NCBI GenBank assembly: GCA_963734535.1
Contig: CAVTHS010000007.1
Span: 192,001 to 256,000, forward strand
DNA: 64,000 nt
Direction of reading: 5' to 3'
Source of the DNA: an uncultured Chloroflexia bacterium
GTDB taxonomy: Bacteria; Chloroflexota; Limnocylindria; Limnocylindrales; CSP1-4
Shown: one piece after another, positions 57,442-64,000 of the stretch
Position numbering within the stretch: the first letter of the stretch is position 1
Layout: every line of letters begins with the position of its first letter
The notes under the pieces: generated by a model
What the model was told of the DNA's origin: nothing
Databases searched by the model: none
The model's input: the letters and a program-made list of their open reading frames with translations, nothing else
Translations under genes and position numbers: made by a program

Positions 57442-58677
57442 TCAGGCGCCCGGGGCCGGGTCTGCCGATCGGGCGTCCGTCGGCTCGCGTGCGTCCGCTG
57501 ACGATGCCGCGGCCGCTGCAGCGGCTCCGTGAACCCTGGCCAGGGGAACCCCAGTCTCCGCGGCCAGCGCGCGCACGGATTCGAACTCCGGCATCGCCCC
57601 GACGACACGGCCCCCCATGATCTTCTGCTTGACCACGACCGGACCGTATGGCGTGGTCACCTCGACGAAGGCCCGGTCGGCTTCGTGACGGCGCACGGCG
57701 TGGACCCGGACCCCGAGGGTTGTTGTCTCGGCAAGGAGGATCCCGGCCAGCCGCGTCTCGTCCTCCATGCGAGCGACCACGGAGACCTGGACTCCTGCCC
57801 GGCCCTTCTTCATCTGGATCGGCGTCACCGTGACGTCGAGAGCCCCGGCGGCAAGAAGAGCCTCGCCGACCGGGGCCAGGAGCTGCGGGTTCATGTCGTC
57901 GATGTTGGTCTCGATCACGACATGGTCCCCCATGGGCGCCTCGTGCGCCGCCTCGCGTCCGCCGGCCGGGCGACCGACCCACAGGCGGAGCACGTTCGGC
58001 CAATCGAAGTCAGCATCGCCCGCGCCGTATCCCACCCGGTCGACGATCATCGCCGGCTGGCCGACTCGGCCCAGCGTCGCGAGGATCGCCGCGCCGGTCG
58101 GGGTGACCAGCTCGCGACCGTCCCCGAAGTTGCGCGTCGGGATTCCCGCCTCGGCAAGGATCGCGAGCGTCGCGGGAGCGGGGGCGGGGAGCCGATGTCC
58201 GGACGAGGTGATCGAGCCGGTCGAGACCGGCACGGACGAGACATGCAGCTCGTCGATACCCAGCAGCGAGAGCCCGAGCGCGGTGCCGACGATATCGACG
58301 ATGGAGTCGATCGCACCGACCTCGTGAAGCTCCACCGCGTCGGGCGGTGCGCCGTGGATGCGGCCCTCGGCAACGGCGAGTCGCTCGAGAACCGCGAGTG
58401 CCCGGTCGCGGACGATCGCGGCGAGCCCCGCCTCGGCGACGATGGAACGCACTTCGCGGAAGGGACGGTGATGCCGGCCCGGGTCGGCGATCACGTGGAC
58501 CTTCGTTGCCCGGATCCCGGCCCGCTGGACCTCCTCGGACTCGAGCCGGAACTCGTCCCCCACCGACAACCCCGCGAGCTCGTCGCGCAGCGTCGCGAGC
58601 GGCACGCCCGCGTCGATGATCGCGCCCAGGAGCATGTCCCCGCTGACGCCGGAATAGCAGTCGACGAAGCCGATCAC
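57442..58677 (-). CDS. larC: Nickel-pincer cofactor nickel insertase LarC
   Basis: 'SGVSGDMLLGA', 'HEVGAIDSIVD', 'PAPAT', 'ELVTPTGAA', 'ETNIDD', 'MKKGR', 'ETTTLGVR'. Confidence 0.95.
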   Translation of the reverse strand: MIGFVDCYSGVSGDMLLGAIIDAGVPLATLRDELAGLSVGDEFRLESEEVQRAGIRATKVHVIADPGRHHRPFREVRSIVAEAGLAAIVRDRALAVLERLAVAEGRIHGAPPDAVELHEVGAIDSIVDIVGTALGLSLLGIDELHVSSVPVSTGSITSSGHRLPAPAPATLAILAEAGIPTRNFGDGRELVTPTGAAILATLGRVGQPAMIVDRVGYGAGDADFDWPNVLRLWVGRPAGGREAAHEAPMGDHVVIETNIDDMNPQLLAPVGEALLAAGALDVTVTPIQMKKGRAGVQVSVVARMEDETRLAGILLAETTTLGVRVHAVRRHEADRAFVEVTTPYGPVVVKQKIMGGRVVGAMPEFESVRALAAETGVPLARVHGAAAAAAASSADAREPTDARSADPAPGA

Positions 58678-59495
58678 CTGCCGGCGACCGCGGACAGCCC
58701 CGTATCGCGGGCCGGGACGCAGTCCGGCGCGACCTCCGGGGTCGAGCCAAGCCGATTGACCAGGGCTGCCGCGAAGCCCGCCCCGAATCCGTTGTCGATG
58801 TTCACCACCGTGATGCCCGCGGCGCAGCTGGTGAGCATGGTCAGGAGGGCGGACAGGCCGCCGAAGGCGGCACCGTAGCCAACCGACGTTGGCACGGCGA
58901 TCACCGGCACGTCCACGAGGCCACCCACAACACTCGGAAGGGCGCCGTCCATTCCCGCAACGACGACGATGACGCGCGCCCGGCGAAGGGCATCGAGCCG
59001 GTCGAGGAGTCGATGGATCCCGGCAACGCCGACGTCGTAGACGCGCTCGACCGAGTTGCCCATGACCGTCGCCGTCACCGCAGCCTCTTCCGCGACGGGG
59101 ATGTCCGCCGTGCCTGCCGTCAGGACCAGGATCCCGGGTCGCCCGGGACCGGCATCCGGATCTGGCACCAGGATCGTCCGTGCGAGCCGGTTGTACTCGG
59201 CCGACGGCACGCGCTCGTGCACCGCCTCGTACACGGCGGGCGTGGCGCGCGTGGTCAGCACCGGACCCCCGTGGGCGACGAGACGCTCGACGATCGCCAC
59301 CACCTGGTCGGTCGCCTTCCCCTCGGCCAGGACAACCTCGGGCATTCCCTGTCGAACGCCCCGATGGTGGTCGAGGCGGGCGAATCCGCCAACTTCCTCG
59401 TAGGGCAGGTCGCTGAGGCGGTTGACTGCCATGCCCACGTCGACATCACCGTCTCGAACGCGCTCGAGCAGCGAAGCCAGGTGAGACCTATCCAT
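58674..59495 (-). CDS. larB: Nickel-pincer cofactor NaAD carboxylase/hydrolase LarB
   Basis: 'AGTADIPVAEEA', 'DVGVAGIHRL', 'AGMDGALPSV', 'PTSVGYG', 'VNIDNGFGA'. Confidence 0.96.
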   Translation of the reverse strand: MDRSHLASLLERVRDGDVDVGMAVNRLSDLPYEEVGGFARLDHHRGVRQGMPEVVLAEGKATDQVVAIVERLVAHGGPVLTTRATPAVYEAVHERVPSAEYNRLARTILVPDPDAGPGRPGILVLTAGTADIPVAEEAAVTATVMGNSVERVYDVGVAGIHRLLDRLDALRRARVIVVVAGMDGALPSVVGGLVDVPVIAVPTSVGYGAAFGGLSALLTMLTSCAAGITVVNIDNGFGAGFAAALVNRLGSTPEVAPDCVPARDTGLSAVAGR

Positions 59496-60375
59496 CTCCG
59501 CCTCCCGTTCCCACGGCAGCCCGGCCCAGGTCGAAGCTGCCCGAACGATAGCCGTCGAGGTCGAACGTGACGTGGGCGTAGCCGGCTGCGCGGACCCCGG
59601 CCGACACTCGCGTCCGAAGGTCGGGTTCGAGGAGCCGTGGCAGGTCCCCGACGGGGACCTCGATTCGAGCGATCGCGCCGTGGTCGCGCACGCGCACCAC
59701 CCCGAACCCCGCGTCGCGCAGGATGGCCTCGGCGGCACCGATCCGGCGCATCCGCTCGCGGGTCACGGGCTCGCCATAGGGGATCCGGGTGGCAAGGCAC
59801 GGCGCCGAGGGCCGTTCGGAGTTCGGCAGCCCGAGGTCGCGGGCCAATGCCCGGACCTCGGCCTTCGTCACTCCCGCACGGGCAAGCGGCGCGATGGCGC
59901 CCGCCTCCTCCGCGGCCCGCGCACCCGGTCGATTGGCGGTTCCGTCATCTGCGTTCTCGCCGTGAAGGATCGCTTCCAGGCCCTCGGCGTCGGCGATCTT
60001 CCGAAGCGCCGCGAGGACGACGCCCTTGCAGTGGTAGCAGCGGTCGGGCGGGTTCTCGACGAACGCGGGCAGGACAAGCACGTCGATGGGCACGAGCCGG
60101 TGACGGATCCCGATCGCTGCGGCGACCGCCTGCGCCTCGCGAATCTCCTCGTCGGGCAGGAGCCCCGACACGATGGTGCAGGCAAGGGCGCGATCGCCAA
60201 GCGCCTCGTATGCCAGCGCGGCGACAACCGAGCTGTCGACGCCTCCCGAGAAGGCGACGACGGCGCCGCGGAGCCCGGCCATGACCGCCCTGACGGCGGC
60301 CGCCCTGGGGAACGCCGGGACGCCCGGGGCGGCCGGCTCGCCGGGGAGCCTCCGCGGCGTCGTCGCGAGGGTCAT
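59488..60375 (-). CDS. larE: Nickel-pincer cofactor sulfur transferase LarE
   Basis: PP-loop 'AFSGGVDS', 'RCYHCK', 'RPG..AA.E', 'PCLATRIPYG', 'RVRDHG', 'GYRSGS'. Confidence 0.95.
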   Translation of the reverse strand: MTLATTPRRLPGEPAAPGVPAFPRAAAVRAVMAGLRGAVVAFSGGVDSSVVAALAYEALGDRALACTIVSGLLPDEEIREAQAVAAAIGIRHRLVPIDVLVLPAFVENPPDRCYHCKGVVLAALRKIADAEGLEAILHGENADDGTANRPGARAAEEAGAIAPLARAGVTKAEVRALARDLGLPNSERPSAPCLATRIPYGEPVTRERMRRIGAAEAILRDAGFGVVRVRDHGAIARIEVPVGDLPRLLEPDLRTRVSAGVRAAGYAHVTFDLDGYRSGSFDLGRAAVGTGGGDG

Positions 60376-61145
60376 CGGAGCAGGTATCCGCCGTCCACGA
60401 GGAGAGCGGCACCGGTGATGTAGGACGCGTCGGGAGACACGAGGAACGAGACGGCGGCGGCAACGTCCTCGGGCGTGGCGACCCGCCCGAGCGGGATCAG
60501 GGGAAGCGTCAGCTCCGCAACCGCGGGGTCGGCCAGGAGGTCACGAGTCATGCCCGTCTCGACGACGCCCGGCGCCACTGCATTCACGGTGATGGCGTGT
60601 TCCGCGAGCTCGACGGCCATCGCCTTCGTGAGCATCCGGAGTGCCCCCTTCGAGGAACAGTAGTGCGACTGATACTCGATCGCGACCTCGCTCGTGATGG
60701 AGCTCATGTTCACGATCGAGCCCGGGATCTTTGCCTTGACCATGCGTCGCGCGGCAGCCTGGCCGCACAGGAAGGCGCCCTTGGCATTGACCGCCATGGT
60801 CCGGTCCCACTCCGCCTCGGTCAGGTGGAGGAAGGGCTTGTAGCCCATGATCCCGGCGTTGTTGACGAGGATGTCGACGCGCCCGAAGCGCGCCCACGCC
60901 GCGTCGAATGCGTCCTGGACCGCCACGGCGTTCGCGACGTCCACGACCACGGCGAGCGCTGCTGCCCCACTCCCGTCGAGCAGGGCAGCAGTCTCGTTCG
61001 CCATCTCCGACACGACATCCGCCACGACGACGGCGGCGCCGTCCGCGGCGAGGCGCACGCAGACCGCGCGCCCGATGCCCGAGCCACCCCCGGTGACGAA
61101 GGCGACTCGCCCGGCCAGCCGGCCGGGAGTGCCGGAGACAGTCAT
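60372..61145 (-). CDS. Short-chain dehydrogenase/reductase
   Basis: 'TGGGSGIG', 'NNAG', 'YCSSK', 'IPLGR'. Confidence 0.93.
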   Translation of the reverse strand: MTVSGTPGRLAGRVAFVTGGGSGIGRAVCVRLAADGAAVVVADVVSEMANETAALLDGSGAAALAVVVDVANAVAVQDAFDAAWARFGRVDILVNNAGIMGYKPFLHLTEAEWDRTMAVNAKGAFLCGQAAARRMVKAKIPGSIVNMSSITSEVAIEYQSHYCSSKGALRMLTKAMAVELAEHAITVNAVAPGVVETGMTRDLLADPAVAELTLPLIPLGRVATPEDVAAAVSFLVSPDASYITGAALLVDGGYLLR

Positions 61146-61147
61146 CT

Positions 61148-61387
61148 CTACGTTCCTCCGACGATGATCTTGACCCGCCCGAGGGTCGCACCTGCCTCGG
61201 CCGACCCCCCGGCGGGAACGTCGATCGCCGCGAGCACGCCGCTGCCGGGAGCCCGGAGGACGTCCTCGGCATCATCGACCCGGTACCGGAGCACCGGCTC
61301 CAGGCGAGCGACGAAATCTCCTTCGTCCTTCAGCCACTCGACGACCGTGACCGCCTTGCCCGGCACTCCGATCCGGATCTCTGCCAT
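61148..61387 (-). CDS. Stand-alone lipoyl/biotinyl-like domain lacking the attachment lysine
   Basis: 'VVEWLKDEGDFV...EPVL..RVDDA....APGSGVL..I.VPAG'; Asp at the position of the ETDKA Lys. Confidence 0.8.
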   Translation of the reverse strand: MAEIRIGVPGKAVTVVEWLKDEGDFVARLEPVLRYRVDDAEDVLRAPGSGVLAAIDVPAGGSAEAGATLGRVKIIVGGT

Positions 61388-61396
61388 TGGTCGACC

Positions 61397-62749
61397 TCAG
61401 ACGTGGGCGAGGAGACCAGCCTCGGTGCCGAGGTCGATCAGGTCCGAGTTGATCTGGGCGAACACGTACACCGGTGCGCAACCCGGCCGCTCGATGACCT
61501 GGCGCGCAATCGTCAGGGCTTCGCGGATCTTCGGAGCGCTCGGGAAGTACTCCCAGCAGTCGCCGACAAGGAAGACGACCTTGTCGCGGCAGCTCTCGGG
61601 ATCGAGGTCCGGCTGGCCGCCCGTGATGAAGACGACCTCGCCGAGCTTGTCCTTGAACTCGTTGATGTCGAAGCCGCTGTGCAGCCCGAAGTTGTCGATC
61701 GCACCGCGGATGTTGATGTAGCAACCTGGGCAGGACTGCTGGGTGAGCACTTCCAGGCCGGGCCAGACCCCGACAGGGTTGCCGTTGGCCCGCAGGAAGT
61801 GCCGCATGACGTCGTCGATCTTCTCCCCGACCACGTCGATCTTGTCGAGGTGGAACTCCCCGAGCCCGTCGTGGCCGGCGATCCGGACGGCCGGGATCTC
61901 CAGCGGGTCGAAGCCCATGCAGGCCCCGGTGACCGCGTCGACCGCGACGGTGTCCGTCCCGGCCAGGATGAGGTTCATCTCGATCGGAGAGCCGGCGTGC
62001 GGCCCCTGGCCCTCCATGCCGATCACCGCGTCGACGATGACGAGGTCGGCGTGCCGCACGCGATACTCATCGACAACCTTCGCGTCGATGTCGTTGCGAT
62101 GCTGGCCCTGCTGGTTGGTGTGGAGGCCCTTGCCGTCCTTACCATCGTCGGATGGATGTTCGTTGCGCAGGATCCCCTGCCAGTTCGCGAGCCCGAGGGT
62201 CACGGTCTTGGCGAGGTGGACCTTCATCTTTGGAACGTTGATGACGACGTCGGCGTCGAGGAAGGGCTTCCAAACGTCCGCCTCGTGGAGGTAGCGGGCG
62301 CCCGGAATCTTCACGTGGACCGTCTCGGTCTCGTCGAAGTAGATGATCCGGTCCGCCCCACCCCGCTCGGCAGCGTCCTGCAGGCCGCTCTGGGCGAAGG
62401 CCGGCCGGGCCTTTCCGACGTGGAAGCCGAGGGACGGGTTGTCGCCGACGGCGACCTCGCCGGCCTTGGACTCCTCCTTCAGGTACGCGACGATCGCCTC
62501 GAGGGTCCGGGGATCGACGACCGCAAAGCTCGTGGCCGGCGCCTGGAACGCGAGGTTCGGCTTGACCAGGACCTTCGCGCCAGGCTTGATGATCTCGTCG
62601 ATGTTGCCGACGGCGAGCTCAACAGCGGCCTTGACGGCCTTCTTGATCGCGGCCACGTCCTCGTCATAGCGGACGTACTCGCCCGCCATGAACTGGGCGT
62701 TGCCCTTCATCTCTCCGGTTTTTGCGATGGAAACGCGTGCGTTCGACAC
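61397..62749 (-). CDS. DUF362 protein with C-terminal Fe-S domain
   Basis: 'KVLVKPN', 'DVVINVPKMKVH', 'DAVIGMEGQGP', 'D.VAVD'; C-terminal 'CPGC', 'VGDC', 'PGCAP'; AGGAG RBS. Confidence 0.9.
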   Translation of the reverse strand: MSNARVSIAKTGEMKGNAQFMAGEYVRYDEDVAAIKKAVKAAVELAVGNIDEIIKPGAKVLVKPNLAFQAPATSFAVVDPRTLEAIVAYLKEESKAGEVAVGDNPSLGFHVGKARPAFAQSGLQDAAERGGADRIIYFDETETVHVKIPGARYLHEADVWKPFLDADVVINVPKMKVHLAKTVTLGLANWQGILRNEHPSDDGKDGKGLHTNQQGQHRNDIDAKVVDEYRVRHADLVIVDAVIGMEGQGPHAGSPIEMNLILAGTDTVAVDAVTGACMGFDPLEIPAVRIAGHDGLGEFHLDKIDVVGEKIDDVMRHFLRANGNPVGVWPGLEVLTQQSCPGCYINIRGAIDNFGLHSGFDINEFKDKLGEVVFITGGQPDLDPESCRDKVVFLVGDCWEYFPSAPKIREALTIARQVIERPGCAPVYVFAQINSDLIDLGTEAGLLAHV

Positions 62750-62832
62750 CAGAAACAGCTCCTGTGATGAGGCAGCCGGTCCTGGCTGGACGCCAGGACG
62801 ACGACGATCGGTCAGATGGCGGCCGGTTCGGG

Positions 62833-62982
62833 CGCGGAGGGAGGGGCCGCAGCCGCGGCCTTTGCCACAGGCGCCTCTTCGGAGCGGGTCACGTGGCGGC
62901 CGGTCAGCGGATCTCCGTCGCAGCGACCAGCCACGCGTGCAACCCGGCCGGGTGTGTCAGTCGGTCGACACCTCCCTCCGCG
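62833..62982 (-). other. Candidate structured 5' leader of the DUF362-lar operon
   Basis: 12-bp perfect inverted repeat (62833-62844 with 62971-62982) enclosing a long inner stem (62885-62908 with 62923-62946) and small hairpins. Confidence 0.4.
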
Positions 62983-63083
62983 TACTCGCGGGACGGGGTT
63001 GGATGGGGTCGCACCAGGCAGCCGACGGCCGGATCCTCTCCCTCGAGACGAGGCTACGGCACCGGGCGTCGCGACCCCAATCC

Positions 63084-63103
63084 GATTTCAGATAGTGGGA
63101 ATC
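63084..63103. promoter_or_regulatory. Possible IclR operator
   Basis: Imperfect AT-rich palindrome GATTTCAGATAGTGGGAATC upstream of a minus-strand TAGCCT -10 (63056-63051). Confidence 0.4.
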
Positions 63104-63155
63104 ACGGGCGCCGGGCATCGCCGGTGGGTCCGGGCGCGCGCCCCTGCGGGCCTGC

Positions 63156-63989
63156 TCAGGCCTGGGCGAGGAGCGCCCCGGCACGCCTGGCCGCGACGAC
63201 GACGTGGGCGACGAGGCGCTGCGGCTCGAAGCGGAGGCGCTCGGGCTCGATACCGATCGCGATCGCTGCCCTCGGACGATCCGGCGGCGTGGCGATCGGC
63301 GCCGCAATACAGGAGAGGCCGGTCTCACCCTCTTCGACGTCGAAGGCATAGCCTCGCCGTCGGGCGACCTCGAGTTGGTCGAGAAAGCGGTGGCCCTCGG
63401 TGATGGTGCGCTCGGTCAGCGGCTCGAACGCCCAGTTCCGGATGGTGCCGAGCGCGGCGGCGGGCGGCAGAACCGCGACCAGGACCTTGCCCAGGGACAT
63501 CGTGTGGACGGGTCCGCGCGCGCCGGCGCGAATATGGTCGCCGTGCGCCGAGCCCGGCACGGCCGCGGCGCTCGTGACGATCACCTGGTTCCCGATCAGG
63601 CGCCCAATCACGGCGACGTCGCCGCAGGCGCGGGCGAGATCCTCGAGGATCGGTTGGAGCTCCGGGAACGGGTTCGGGCGGTGCTCGAGATGGGTGAGAA
63701 GCCCGGCGAGACGGTCGCCCAGGATGAGCCCGCCATCGTGCATGCGCCACACGTACCCCTCGTGCACGAGCGTGCTCACGAGGTGGTAGGCCGTCGCCGC
63801 GGGCAGTCCGAGCCTCCGAGCGACCTCCTTCGTCGGCAGGCCCTCCTCGGCGGCGATCACCTCGAGCGCACGGAGGCCGCGCTGGACGGTGGACAGGACG
63901 CTGCCGGACGCCGTCAGCGAGCCAGTCGCCGACTCGGCGGGGCGGCGGAATGGTCCAGTTTCACGCGGGCCGTGGTGGGTGGTCGTCAC
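63156..63989 (-). CDS. IclR-family transcriptional regulator
   Basis: 'TVQRGLRALE', 'TAYHLVSTLVHEGY', 'SLGKVL', 'RRGYA...E......CIAAPI'. Confidence 0.93.
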   Translation of the reverse strand: MTTTHHGPRETGPFRRPAESATGSLTASGSVLSTVQRGLRALEVIAAEEGLPTKEVARRLGLPAATAYHLVSTLVHEGYVWRMHDGGLILGDRLAGLLTHLEHRPNPFPELQPILEDLARACGDVAVIGRLIGNQVIVTSAAAVPGSAHGDHIRAGARGPVHTMSLGKVLVAVLPPAAALGTIRNWAFEPLTERTITEGHRFLDQLEVARRRGYAFDVEEGETGLSCIAAPIATPPDRPRAAIAIGIEPERLRFEPQRLVAHVVVAARRAGALLAQA

Positions 63990-64000
63990 GTCGCGAACCC

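Overview
A very GC-rich (roughly 70% or more by eye), gene-dense bacterial chromosomal segment with about 66 CDS. I found no rRNA, tRNA, CRISPR array, transposase or integrase. The gene content (heliorhodopsin, UvrD2, TMEM175, Hdr/Qmo-like genes, actinobacterial-type ECF promoters) suggests a monoderm such as Chloroflexota (Limnocylindria-like) or an actinobacterium; this is inference. Main blocks: (1) 0.7-19.5 kb, a sulfur/redox region with an ArsR-dsrE-dsrE-tusA-mvhD-hdrA(GltD insert)-hdrA-wHTH-qmoC-like-hemerythrin operon that has no hdrB or aprAB, flanked by paralogous PadR and hemerythrin genes; (2) mgtA, glucoamylase, zwf and a multidomain SpoIID protein; (3) a ufaD/ufaO/cfa-like modified (furan-type) fatty acid cluster; (4) preA, uvrD2, TMEM175 and hydrolases; (5) a LiaF/PspC envelope-stress two-component locus divergent from a heliorhodopsin that has an exact SigK-type promoter; (6) an IclR-associated operon, DUF362 - lysine-less lipoyl domain - SDR - larE - larB - larC - quinone reductase. 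Block 6 encodes nickel-pincer cofactor biosynthesis without larA and is the best candidate for an undescribed system. Five genes are each split by a single +1 insertion, most likely long-read consensus errors. All family assignments come from motif recognition, not database searches.
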